NCBI RefSeq assembly: GCF_037042905.1
Contig: NC_087251.1
Coordinates: forward strand, 28,956,001-29,020,000
From: Lytechinus pictus
Lineage: Eukaryota
DNA length: 64,000 nucleotides
Reading direction: 5' to 3'
Shown: positions 20,105 to 34,404 of the stretch, piece after piece
Layout: the number at the start of each line of letters is the position of its first letter
Position numbering within the stretch: the first letter of the stretch is position 1
Position numbers and translations under genes: made by a program
The notes under the pieces: model-generated
Told to the model about the DNA's origin: nothing
Database searches by the model: none
The model's input: the letters and a program-made list of their open reading frames with translations, nothing else

Positions 20105-22169
20105 TCCCACTATAACTCATATTTTGGCACCATCTGATAATAAAATCACCATGAAAACATTCATTGTTCCTCATTGTTTTCTTTCGCTCACATTCTAGAA
20201 GAAAATGTTATCAAAGTTAAGATTTTCCATCTTCAAGATGTTTCTCTGGATAACCCTATCCACTTCATGAGATTTTATTCCATGTTGAGGTTTACTGGTA
20301 TTATTTTCAACTAGAAAACAAAATGTGCTCCAAATAAATAATAAGAACAGCAGCAGATGTAATGATGGCGACGACGATTGTGAGGAAAAGGGGGAGTAAA
20401 TCATAATATCAATGATATTAAGAATAATGACAAAATGATAAGGAGGATGTCTATTATTCTCACAAATATCACTCAAAACAATAGTAGAGATAGTGAGAAG
20501 AGGGAGAGAGATAAAAAGAGACATCGAGGGAAAGTGGGTGCACATTTTTGCGGAAGTCAGAGTAGAATAAAAGATAGAAAGAGAGAGGGAGGGGCTAGGG
20601 TTGTGGTGGCTATGTTTGAAGATACATAATAAAAACGTGACCTTGAGAGGGAGACATTTAAGTTTCAAAGCGGTATCGTTATGGTGTCACGCGCGTAAAA
20701 CATTCCCCATAGACTTGTGTGTTAAAATGACACTTTTGAAAAATTCATAAAAAATAAACGTGAAATTAGAGGGCCGAATGTTTACTACCATTGGATAGGA
20801 TATATATCTGACCAGAGAAGGGTATCGTAGCCGGCTCATTTTAAAAATAAATCGCCATTTATGAAGATAACTATGATGGGATCAAATTTATCGACTGTAA
20901 CAGTAAAATAGCCCTAATTCGTCCGCCAGTCAAAAAAATAGTTCCAAAGTCATTTTATATCTTCCCGATTTGGGCAAGGGAAGTTCAGTAGTTACCATTT
21001 TTAGAATCAGTGTTAGATTTTCAATCATATTCATACACTTTTGTCAATCAGCAATATCTAATTGAAAAAAAATTCGAATGGGTTGGGTCGAATGAATATC
21101 TTTAGCCCTCCTGTTGTAATTAGGCTCATGGAACCTTTATATACCCTGCTCTGTCTGCTATCAGCGGTAGATTCCCAACACTCCCCTAATAATTTGTACC
21201 TTAAGCCTTAATAAAATTTTCATTACAAACCATCATTGCATTATTCAAGATAATCATGAATTGTTATTCCCTCTCCTTAAGTCTACCCACTCTGAGACCT
21301 ATAATTATCCTTCACTGAATGTCTCAACATCGATATTCAAGCAGAAAGATCACTCCCTAGCAATTTCTCATCCGACGCTGACAAGATTGATATCCAAATT
21401 CTCCTATGAAGCTTGTTTTGAAAAAATACTAGAATCACATTTTACTTCCTACATACAAAAAAATACTAACGAGCAAAATGTGTTTTAAAGGTTATTCAAC
21501 AAAAACATATAAATCATCAGAAAGTTACAGAAACTAGAATCTTACCCCGCCCCCCCCCCCATCACGTATTTTCATCTGTCGCTTGTCATTCTTTCTCCCT
21601 CTCCCTCAAACGTGAAATAGGCATAATTACAATGATCAAATGAAAAACACAGGAACATAACATCTGATTCGGACAAATAAAGCTCATAAAAGTGCAAGTA
21701 AGGAAAAACATGCGAATCGACACTCTTGTGTTTTCGAATCGCCAGAAAATTTTGGTTTTGTACGCTGATTCTCCGGCGCGCACAATATATTGGGAAATGT
21801 GCCGTTTGATACGCGCTCTCATTCGCTGAAAGTTTTGACCTAATATGACGACACAATGGTCAATAGGGTATGCAACACTGTTTAACACCTATTCAACATG
21901 TTTTAACAAGTTATTTGCAAGAAATCCAAAATATCTAGTCAATTTACACAAGACGTAAAGATTGACGGGAAATTAATTATATTGAGGGAGAAGGAGAGAG
22001 TGAAAGAAAGAAAAAAAAGTCAAGTGATTTTCTAGTCATGTTGCTTGAAATCGAATCTAAGAATACATATGTCGACTTACTGAACCTAACTTGTTTCAGA
22101 GCATCGCATGATTATGTCACAAATGATTTTACGTATCATTATCCAATAACTATCTCAGAAACTTTGAAA

Positions 22170-24071
22170 ATGGCAGACATCAGTATGTCAGCTCAGAGAA
22201 AACGAAGAGCTCAACGCATGGCAAATCGGCCTCGACGACTAGCCCAAGGACCAGTGTCGGATCACGGTGATGAGATCCTTCAAGCCATTGAGTTAGTCAA
22301 AGCTAAGCAAGAAGCTGAAGCTTACCCTGGTGGTGATTTCCTTGAGGCGAAGGACCAGGAAACCCACACTCCTGAAAAATCGACCTCTATCTTAAGGTAG
22401 GACTTTTTTAGGGGGGGGGGTGTAGCTTCTAAAATTGCATTCACTTTGAATGTTGCCTATTTGACGAATCGATGTTTCATTGAAATGTCAGTTACTAAAT
22501 ACTTTATAAAATCTCCACGGATATAGCTATTCACAGCCTTCATTCTGCGATATATAAGAGCTTAGTTTTCGGGGGTAATAACTATGCATAATGTATTTTG
22601 TTCTTACCTTGTAGCCACTGTGACAGCAAGCCGACAACGCAGATACCTGTCCACGAGAACAAGAGTGTTGACGAAGAGGTCATCCAAATGCTGCAAACCA
22701 GCGTCACATGTCAAACTCTCAAACTCGATGACCTCTCGACCTTTGACATGGAATGGACTGTAAAGGTAATGCCGATCAAAATCATCTTTAATACATGCAC
22801 AATATCTCAAATATGACACTGATTTAGATCGGAAAGACAAGTTAAAATAGATAATGATAATGTTGTATTAATTTTATTTTTACTTAAGATTTGAACCCTA
22901 AATGTAAACACAAAACATTGACACACACTTCAATCGATTAATACGAATTACCCTTTCTATATAGTTGGATTGAAGGACATTTTTTCATTCATTTGGCAGA
23001 GCCTGGAAACGCTCGTGGAGATTGGGCGGGGCAGCTACGGTCGCGTCCTTCTAGCACGTCATCGTTCCACAGGCGTCCCTCTTGCGGTCAAAGAACCGTC
23101 TTGGTCAGACGATTTTGCCTCGCCCGGTGAAATGGTTGAGGAACTCAAGGCAACAAGGACCAGAGCTACAAAGGAGGCACTGATCCAACAGTTGTTGTCA
23201 GGAAGTCCCTACTTTCCAAAGTTATGGGGTACGCTAGACCTCGGAAACGAACTCTGCCAGGCCGTCGAGTTCATCGGATGCAAGAAGACAGGCACTGGCT
23301 ACCCTCTCCACGCACCACCACGTCTATCAGTCAGCAACGTTGTCAAGATCGCAGAGGATATCGTCAAGGGAATGAAGGAGTTCCATGATCACGGACTTCT
23401 CCATAATGACTTGAAGAATGATAACGTGCTGTTAGAAAAACGCGGCAAACGATACAACGCCGTCATCATCGATTTCGGCATGGCGAGCACAATGACGGCA
23501 CCAGCAAAAATGGTTGGGGTCACCAAAGAACTGAAAATGGCATATGTGCACGGAGGGGAGGCGGACTACATAGCACCTGAGGTTGTCCTGGATGAACAGC
23601 CGACATCAGTTGCTTCAGACGTGTTTTCGATCGGCCGTATCTTTTCGGATATGGGAGAGATATTCGAAGGTAATTATCGAATCTTTATCACCATCTCATA
23701 TATTGAATGGAAAACTCGCTGTTCACAAAATAATACATGTCTAAAAAAAAATCTGTTCATGAAATATTTAAACCGCAACCATTTTCTTGATTCTCCTTTT
23801 GATTTTCACCCATTCATTGAATATCATTTTGTTCAATGCATAATTATCTCCGTTTCCTTTGCTTCTCTTTATGTTTCTCCTAACTTCAGATCTCCACTCT
23901 CCCGTGGTTCGAACACTGACCAAGATAGGATCTAAGTGCATGGCAAATGATCCTGATCACCGCCCAAGCCTTGATACCATCCAAACTCAAATCGACAAAC
24001 TCCAACGGCCAAGTAGATGGAGGCGTGTCAAGCGATGGTTCGCAAGAAAACTACATCTACGCAGAAAGTAG
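22170..24071 (+). CDS. Kinase copy 4: join(22170..22396,22615..22765,23000..23669,23890..24071)
   Basis: Same exons and translation as copy 2. Preceded by the 331-bp deletion. Confidence 0.88.
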
Positions 24072-26470
24072 TCCCACTATAACTCATATTTTGGCACCAT
24101 CTGATAATAAAATCACCATGAAAACATTCATTGTTCCTCATTGTTTTCTTTCGCTCACATTCTAGAAGAAAATGTTATCAAAGTTAAGATTTTCCATCTT
24201 CAAGATGTTTCTCTGGATAACCCTATCCACTTCATGAGATTTTATTCCATGTTGAGGTTTACTGGTATTATTTTCAACTAGAAAACAAAATGTGCTCCAA
24301 ATAAATAATAAGAACAGCAGCAGATGTAATGATGGCGACGACGATTGTGAGGAAAAGGGGGAGTAAATCATAATATCAATGATATTAAGAATAATGACAA
24401 AATGATAAGGAGGATGTCTATTATTCTCACAAATATCACTCAAAACAATAGTAGAGATAGTGAGAAGAGGGAGAGAGATAAAAAGAGACATCGAGGGAAA
24501 GTGGGTGCACATTTTTGCGGAAGTCAGAGTAGAATAAAAGATAGAAAGAGAGAGGGAGGGGCTAGGGTTGTGGTGGCTATGTTTGAAGATACATAATAAA
24601 AACGTGACCTTGAGAGGGAGACATTTAAGTTTCAAAGCGGTATCGTTATGGTGTCACGCGCGTAAAACATTCCCCATAGACTTGTGTGTTAAAATGACAC
24701 TTTTGAAAAATTCATAAAAAATAAACGTGAAATTAGAGGGCCGAATGTTTACTACCATTGGATAGGATATATATCTGACCAGAGAAGGGTATCGTAGCCG
24801 GCTCATTTTAAAAATAAATCGCCATTTATGAAGATAACTATGATGGGATCAAATTTATCGACTGTAACAGTAAAATAGCCCTAATTCGTCCGCCAGTCAA
24901 AAAAATAGTTCCAAAGTCATTTTATATCTTCCCGATTTGGGCAAGGGAAGTTCAGTAGTTACCATTTTTAGAATCAGTGTTAGATTTTCAATCATATTCA
25001 TACACTTTTGTCAATCAGCAATATCTAATTGAAAAAAAATTCGAATGGGTTGGGTCGAATGAATATCTTTAGCCCTCCTGTTGTAATTAGGCTCATGGAA
25101 CCTTTATATACCCTGCTCTGTCTGCTATCAGCGGTAGATTCCCAACACTCCCCTAATAATTTGTACCTTAAGCCTTAATAAAATTTTCATTACAAACCAT
25201 CATTGCATTATTCAAGATAATCATGAATTGTTATTCCCTCTCCTTAAGTCTACCCACTCTGAGACCTATAATTATCCTTCACTGAATGTCTCAACATCGA
25301 TATTCAAGCAGAAAGATCACTCCCTAGCAATTTCTCATCCGGCGCTGACAAGATTGATATCCAAATTCTCCTATGAAGCTTGTTTTGAAAAAATACTAGA
25401 ATCACATTTTACTTCCTACATACAAAAAAATACTAACGAGCAAAATGTGTTTTAAAGGTTATTCAACAAAAACATATAAATCATCAGAAAGTTACAGAAA
25501 CTAGAATCTTACCCCGCCCCCCCCCCCCCCATCACGTATTTTCATCTGTCGCTTGTCATTCTTTCTCCCTCTCCCTCAAACGTGAAATAGGCATAATTAC
25601 AATGATCAAATGAAAAACACAGGAACATAACATCTGATTCGGACAAATAAAGCTCATAAAAGTGCAAGTAAGGAAAAACATGCGAATCGACACTCTTGTG
25701 TTTTCGAATCGCCAGAAAATTTTGGTTTTGTACGCTGATTCTCCGGCGCGCACAATATATTGGGAAATGTGCCGTTTGATACGCGCTCTCATTCGCTGAA
25801 AGTTTTGACCTAATATGACGACACAATGGTCAATAGGGTATGCAACACTGATTCTTCTACGCTCATGTTGGGTACGCGTTTTCATTGGCTGAAAGTTTTA
25901 AGCTAATGACGAAACAATGGTTGACAAGGGCGCACTTTGAATGGTATCTTTGAGTAACAAACAGTGACGTTCCTTGTCTCAGTTTTGATTTAGCTCTCGG
26001 AGTGCAACTATTGCTTCTTCCTCGCTTTCGAAACTTTTCTTCAATTGAATTACCCAATTCAATCGATTCGTTCTCAAGTAAATTGGCCATTTCTGACCAG
26101 GTAATCGAATTGCAACGGATCGCTCCTGAAAACTATCAAATCTTATTAGATTGAGTTAAATTAATTCTTTTTACACAATAGTTTAACACCTATTCAACAT
26201 GTTTTAACAAGTTATTTGCAAGAAATCCAAAATATCTAGTCAATTTACACAAGACGTAAAGATTGACGGGAAATTAATTATATTGAGGGAGAAGGAGAGA
26301 GTGAAAGAAAGAAAAAAAAGTCAAGTGATTTTCTAGTCATGTTGCTTGAAATCGAATCTAAGAATACATATGTCGACTTACTGAACCTAACTTGTTTCAG
26401 AGCATCGCATGATTATGTCACAAATGATTTTACGTATCATTATCCAATAACTATCTCAGAAACTTTGAAA

Positions 26471-28372
26471 ATGGCAGACATCAGTATGTCAGCTCAGAGA
26501 AAACGAAGAGCTCAACGCATGGCAAATCGGCCTCGACGACTAGCCCAAGGACCAGTGTCGGATCACGGTGATGAGATCCTTCAAGCCATTGAGTTAGTCA
26601 AAGCTAAGCAAGAAGCTGAAGCTTACCCTGGTGGTGATTTCCTTGAGGCGAAGGACCAGGAAACCCACACTCCTGAAAAATCGACCTCTATCTTAAGGTA
26701 GGACTTTTTTAGGGGGGGGGGTGTAGCTTCTAAAATTGCATTCACTTTGAATGTTGCCTATTTGACGAATCGATGTTTCATTGAAATGTCAGTTACTAAA
26801 TACTTTATAAAATCTCCACGGATATAGCTATTCACAGCCTTCATTCTGCGATATATAAGAGCTTAGTTTTCGGGGGTAATAACTATGCATAATGTATTTT
26901 GTTCTTACCTTGTAGCCACTGTGACAGCAAGCCGACAACGCAGATACCTGTCCACGAGAACAAGAGTGTTGACGAAGAGGTCATCCAAATGCTGCAAACC
27001 AGCGTCACATGTCAAACTCTCAAACTCGATGACCTCTCGACCTTTGACATGGAATGGACTGTAAAGGTAATGCCGATCAAAATCATCTTTAATACATGCA
27101 CAATATCTCAAATATGACACTGATTTAGATCGGAAAGACAAGTTAAAATAGATAATGATAATGTTGTATTAATTTTATTTTTACTTAAGATTTGAACCCT
27201 AAATGTAAACACAAAACATTGACACACACTTCAATCGATTAATACGAATTACCCTTTCTATATAGTTGGATTGAAGGACATTTTTTCATTCATTTGGCAG
27301 AGCCTGGAAACGCTCGTGGAGATTGGGCGGGGCAGCTACGGTCGCGTCCTTCTAGCACGTCATCGTTCCACAGGCGTCCCTCTTGCGGTCAAAGAACCGT
27401 CTTGGTCAGACGATTTTGCCTCGCCCGGTGAAATGGTTGAGGAACTCAAGGCAACAAGGACCAGAGCTACAAAGGAGGCACTGATCCAACAGTTGTTGTC
27501 AGGAAGTCCCTACTTTCCAAAGTTATGGGGTACGCTAGACCTCGGAAACGAACTCTGCCAGGCCGTCGAGTTCATCGGATGCAAGAAGACAGGCACTGGC
27601 TACCCTCTCCACGCACCACCACGTCTATCAGTCAGCAACGTTGTCAAGATCGCAGAGGATATCGTCAAGGGAATGAAGGAGTTCCATGATCACGGACTTC
27701 TCCATAATGACTTGAAGAATGATAACGTGCTGTTAGAAAAACGCGGCAAACGATACAACGCCGTCATCATCGATTTCGGCATGGCGAGCACAATGACGGC
27801 ACCAGCAAAAATGGTTGGGGTCACCAAAGAACTGAAAATGGCATATGTGCACGGAGGGGAGGCGGACTACATAGCACCTGAGGTTGTCCTGGATGAACAG
27901 CCGACATCAGTTGCTTCAGACGTGTTTTCGATCGGCCGTATCTTTTCGGATATGGGAGAGATATTCGAAGGTAATTATCGAATCTTTATCACCATCTCAT
28001 ATATTGAATGGAAAACTCGCTGTTCACAAAATAATACATGTCTAAAAAAAAATCTGTTCATGAAATATTTAAACCGCAACCATTTTCTTGATTCTCCTTT
28101 TGATTTTCACCCATTCATTGAATATCATTTTGTTCAATGCATAATTATCTCCGTTTCCTTTGCTTCTCTTTATGTTTCTCCTAACTTCAGATCTCCACTC
28201 TCCCGTGGTTCGAACACTGACCAAGATAGGATCTAAGTGCATGGCAAATGATCCTGATCACCGCCCAAGCCTTGATACCATCCAAACTCAAATCGACAAA
28301 CTCCAACGGCCAAGTAGATGGAGGCGTGTCAAGCGATGGTTCGCAAGAAAACTACATCTACGCAGAAAGTAG
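26471..28372 (+). CDS. Kinase copy 5: join(26471..26697,26916..27066,27301..27970,28191..28372)
   Basis: Same exons and translation as copy 2, with the full upstream region. Confidence 0.9.
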
Positions 28373-30438
28373 TCCCACTATAACTCATATTTTGGCACCA
28401 TCTGATAATAAAATCACCATGAAAACATTCATTGTTCCTCATTGTTTTCTTTCGCTCACATTCTAGAAGAAAATGTTATCAAAGTTAAGATTTTCCATCT
28501 TCAAGATGTTTCTCTGGATAACCCTATCCACTTCATGAGATTTTATTCCATGTTGAGGTTTACTGGTATTATTTTCAACTAGAAAACAAAATGTGCTCCA
28601 AATAAATAATAAGAACAGCAGCAGATGTAATGATGGCGACGACGATTGTGAGGAAAAGGGGGAGTAAATCATAATATCAATGATATTAAGAATAATGACA
28701 AAATGATAAGGAGGATGTCTATTATTCTCACAAATATCACTCAAAACAATAGTAGAGATAGTGAGAAGAGGGAGAGAGATAAAAAGAGACATCGAGGGAA
28801 AGTGGGTGCACATTTTTGCGGAAGTCAGAGTAGAATAAAAGATAGAAAGAGAGAGGGAGGGGCTAGGGTTGTGGTGGCTATGTTTGAAGATACATAATAA
28901 AAACGTGACCTTGAGAGGGAGACATTTAAGTTTCAAAGCGGTATCGTTATGGTGTCACGCGCGTAAAACATTCCCCATAGACTTGTGTGTTAAAATGACA
29001 CTTTTGAAAAATTCATAAAAAATAAACGTGAAATTAGAGGGCCGAATGTTTACTACCATTGGATAGGATATATATCTGACCAGAGAAGGGTATCGTAGCC
29101 GGCTCATTTTAAAAATAAATCGCCATTTATGAAGATAACTATGATGGGATCAAATTTATCGACTGTAACAGTAAAATAGCCCTAATTCGTCCGCCAGTCA
29201 AAAAAATAGTTCCAAAGTCATTTTATATCTTCCCGATTTGGGCAAGGGAAGTTCAGTTGTTACCATTTTTAGAATCAGTGTTAGATTTTCAATCATATTC
29301 ATACACTTTTGTCAATCAGCAATATCTAATTGAAAAAAAATTCGAATGGGTTGGGTCGAATGAATATCTTTAGCCCTCCTGTTGTAATTAGGCTCATGGA
29401 ACCTTTATATACCCTGCTCTGTCTGCTATCAGCGGTAGATTCCCAACACTCCCCTAATAATTTGTACCTTAAGCCTTAATAAAATTTTCATTACAAACCA
29501 TCATTGCATTATTCAAGATAATCATGAATTGTTATTCCCTCTCCTTAAGTCTACCCACTCTGAGACCTATAATTATCCTTCACTGAATGTCTCAACATCG
29601 ATATTCAAGCAGAAAGATCACTCCCTAGCAATTTCTCATCCGACGCTGACAAGATTGATATCCAAATTCTCCTATGAAGCTTGTTTTGAAAAAATACTAG
29701 AATCACATTTTACTTCCTACATACAAAAAAATACTAACGAGCAAAATGTGTTTTAAAGGTTATTCAACAAAAACATATAAATCATCAGAAAGTTACAGAA
29801 ACTAGAATCTTACCCCGCCCCCCCCCCCCATCACGTATTTTCATCTGTCGCTTGTCATTCTTTCTCCCTCTCCCTCAAACGTGAAATAGGCATAATTACA
29901 ATGATCAAATGAAAAACACAGGAACATAACATCTGATTCGGACAAATAAAGCTCATAAAAGTGCAAGTAAGGAAAAACATGCGAATCGACACTCTTGTGT
30001 TTTCGAATCGCCAGAAAATTTTGGTTTTGTACGCTGATTCTCCGGCGCGCACAATATATTGGGATATGTGCCGTTTGATACGCGCTCTCATTCGCTGAAA
30101 GTTTTGACCTAATATGACGACACAATGGTCAATAGGGTATGCAACACTGTTTAACACCTATTCAACATGTTTTAACAAGTTATTTGCAAGAAATCCAAAA
30201 TATCTAGTCAATTTACACAAGACGTAAAGATTGACGGGAAATTAATTATATTGAGGGAGAAGGAGAGAGTGAAAGAAAGAAAAAAAAGTCAAGTGATTTT
30301 CTAGTCATGTTGCTTGAAATCGAATCTAAGAATACATATGTCGACTTACTGAACCTAACTTGTTTCAGAGCATCGCATGATTATGTCACAAATGATTTTA
30401 CGTATCATTATCCAATAACTATCTCAGAAACTTTGAAA

Positions 30439-32340
30439 ATGGCAGACATCAGTATGTCAGCTCAGAGAAAACGAAGAGCTCAACGCATGGCAAATCGGCC
30501 TCGACGACTAGCCCAAGGACCAGTGTCGGATCACGGTGATGAGATCCTTCAAGCCATTGAGTTAGTCAAAGCTAAGCAAGAAGCTGAAGCTTACCCTGGT
30601 GGTGATTTCCTTGAGGCGAAGGACCAGGAAACCCACACTCCTGAAAAATCGACCTCTATCTTAAGGTAGGACTTTTTTAGGGGGGGGGGTGTAGCTTCTA
30701 AAATTGCATTCACTTTGAATGTTGCCTATTTGACGAATCGATGTTTCATTGAAATGTCAGTTACTAAATACTTTATAAAATCTCCACGGATATAGCTATT
30801 CACAGCCTTCATTCTGCGATATATAAGAGCTTAGTTTTCGGGGGTAATAACTATGCATAATGTATTTTGTTCTTACCTTGTAGCCACTGTGACAGCAAGC
30901 CGACAACGCAGATACCTGTCCACGAGAACAAGAGTGTTGACGAAGAGGTCATCCAAATGCTGCAAACCAGCGTCACATGTCAAACTCTCAAACTCGATGA
31001 CCTCTCGACCTTTGACATGGAATGGACTGTAAAGGTAATGCCGATCAAAATCATCTTTAATACATGCACAATATCTCAAATATGACACTGATTTAGATCG
31101 GAAAGACAAGTTAAAATAGATAATGATAATGTTGTATTAATTTTATTTTTACTTAAGATTTGAACCCTAAATGTAAACACAAAACATTGACACACACTTC
31201 AATCGATTAATACGAATTACCCTTTCTATATAGTTGGATTGAAGGACATTTTTTCATTCATTTGGCAGAGCCTGGAAACGCTCGTGGAGATTGGGCGGGG
31301 CAGCTACGGTCGCGTCCTTCTAGCACGTCATCGTTCCACAGGCGTCCCTCTTGCGGTCAAAGAACCGTCTTGGTCAGACGATTTTGCCTCGCCCGGTGAA
31401 ATGGTTGAGGAACTCAAGGCAACAAGGACCAGAGCTACAAAGGAGGCACTGATCCAACAGTTGTTGTCAGGAAGTCCCTACTTTCCAAAGTTATGGGGTA
31501 CGCTAGACCTCGGAAACGAACTCTGCCAGGCCGTCGAGTTCATCGGATGCAAGAAGACAGGCACTGGCTACCCTCTCCACGCACCACCACGTCTATCAGT
31601 CAGCAACGTTGTCAAGATCGCAGAGGATATCGTCAAGGGAATGAAGGAGTTCCATGATCACGGACTTCTCCATAATGACTTGAAGAATGATAACGTGCTG
31701 TTAGAAAAACGCGGCAAACGATACAACGCCGTCATCATCGATTTCGGCATGGCGAGCACAATGACGGCACCAGCAAAAATGGTTGGGGTCACCAAAGAAC
31801 TGAAAATGGCATATGTGCACGGAGGGGAGGCGGACTACATAGCACCTGAGGTTGTCCTGGATGAACAGCCGACATCAGTTGCTTCAGACGTGTTTTCGAT
31901 CGGCCGTATCTTTTCGGATATGGGAGAGATATTCGAAGGTAATTATCGAATCTTTATCACCATCTCATATATTGAATGGAAAACTCGCTGTTCACAAAAT
32001 AATACATGTCTAAAAAAAAATCTGTTCATGAAATATTTAAACCGCAACCATTTTCTTGATTCTCCTTTTGATTTTCACCCATTCATTGAATATCATTTTG
32101 TTCAATGCATAATTATCTCCGTTTCCTTTGCTTCTCTTTATGTTTCTCCTAACTTCAGATCTCCACTCTCCCGTGGTTCGAACACTGACCAAGATAGGAT
32201 CTAAGTGCATGGCAAATGATCCTGATCACCGCCCAAGCCTTGATACCATCCAAACTCAAATCGACAAACTCCAACGGCCAAGTAGATGGAGGCGTGTCAA
32301 GCGATGGTTCGCAAGAAAACTACATCTACGCAGAAAGTAG
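30439..32340 (+). CDS. Kinase copy 6: join(30439..30665,30884..31034,31269..31938,32159..32340)
   Basis: Same exons and translation as copy 2. Preceded by the 331-bp deletion. Confidence 0.88.
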
Positions 32341-34404
32341 TCCCACTATAACTCATATTTTGGCACCATCTGATAATAAAATCACCATGAAAACATTAAT
32401 TGTTCCTCATTGTTTTCTTTCGCTCACATTCTAGAAGAAAATGTTATCAAAGTTAAGATTTTCCATCTTCAAGATGTTTCTCTGGATAACCCTATCCACT
32501 TCATGAGATTTTATTCCATGTTGAGGTTTACTGGTATTATTTTCAACTAGAAAACAAAATGTGCTCCAAATAAATAATAAGAACAGCAGCAGATGTAATG
32601 ATGGCGACGACGATTGTGAGGAAAAGGGGGAGTAAATCATAATATCAATGATATTAAGAATAATGACAAAATGATAAGGAGGATGTCTATTATTCTCACA
32701 AATATCACTCAAAACAATAGTAGAGATAGTGAGAAGAGGGAGAGAGATAAAAAGAGACATCGAGGGAAAGTGGGTGCACATTTTTGCGGAAGTCAGAGTA
32801 GAATAAAAGATAGAAAGAGAGAGGGAGGGGCTAGGGTTGTGGTGGCTATGTTTGAAGATACATAATAAAAACGTGACCTTGAGAGGGAGACATTTAAGTT
32901 TCAAAGCGGTATCGTTATGGTGTCACGCGCGTAAAACATTCCCCATAGACTTGTGTGTTAAAATGACACTTTTGAAAAATTCATAAAAAATAAACGTGAA
33001 ATTAGAGGGCCGAATGTTTACTACCATTGGATAGGATATATATCTGACCAGAGAAGGGTATCGTAGCCGGCTCATTTTAAAAATAAATCGCCATTTATGA
33101 AGATAACTATGATGGGATCAAATTTATCGACTGTAACAGTAAAATAGCCCTAATTCGTCCGCCAGTCAAAAAAATAGTTCCAAAGTCATTTTATATCTTC
33201 CCGATTTGGGCAAGGGAAGTTCAGTTGTTACCATTTTTAGAATCAGTGTTAGATTTTCAATCATATTCATACACTTTTGTCAATCAGCAATATCTAATTG
33301 AAAAAAAATTCGAATGGGTTGGGTCGAATGAATATCTTTAGCCCTCCTGTTGTAATTAGGCTCATGGAACCTTTATATACCCTGCTCTGTCTGCTATCAG
33401 CGGTAGATTCCCAACACTCCCCTAATAATTTGTACCTTAAGCCTTAATAAAATTTTCATTACAAACCATCATTGCATTATTCAAGATAATCATGAATTGT
33501 TATTCCCTCTCCTTAAGTCTACCCACTCTGAGACCTATAATTATCCTTCACTGAATGTCTCAACATCGATATTCAAGCAGAAAGATCACTCCCTAGCAAT
33601 TTCTCATCCGACGCTGACAAGATTGATATCCAAATTCTCCTATGAAGCTTGTTTTGAAAAAATACTAGAATCACATTTTACTTCCTACATACAAAAAAAT
33701 ACTAACGAGCAAAATGTGTTTTAAAGGTTATTCAACAAAAACATATAAATCATCAGAAAGTTACAGAAACTAGAATCTTACCCCGCCCCCCCCCCATCAC
33801 GTATTTTCATCTGTCGCTTGTCATTCTTTCTCCCTCTCCCTCAAACGTGAAATAGGCATAATTACAATGATCAAATGAAAAACACAGGAACATAACATCT
33901 GATTCGGACAAATAAAGCTCATAAAAGTGCAAGTAAGGAAAAACATGCGAATCGACACTCTTGTGTTTTCGAATCGCCAGAAAATTTTGGTTTTGTACGC
34001 TGATTCTCCGGCGCGCACAATATATTGGGATATGTGCCGTTTGATACGCGCTCTCATTCGCTGAAAGTTTTGACCTAATATGACGACACAATGGTCAATA
34101 GGGTATGCAACACTGTTTAACACCTATTCAACATGTTTTAACAAGTTATTTGCAAGAAATCCAAAATATCTAGTCAATTTACACAAGACGTAAAGATTGA
34201 CGGGAAATTAATTATATTGAGGGAGAAGGAGAGAGTGAAAGAAAGAAAAAAAAGTCAAGTGATTTTCTAGTCATGTTGCTTGAAATCGAATCTAAGAATA
34301 CATATGTCGACTTACTGAACCTAACTTGTTTCAGAGCATCGCATGATTATGTCACAAATGATTTTACGTATCATTATCCAATAACTATCTCAGAAACTTT
34401 GAAA

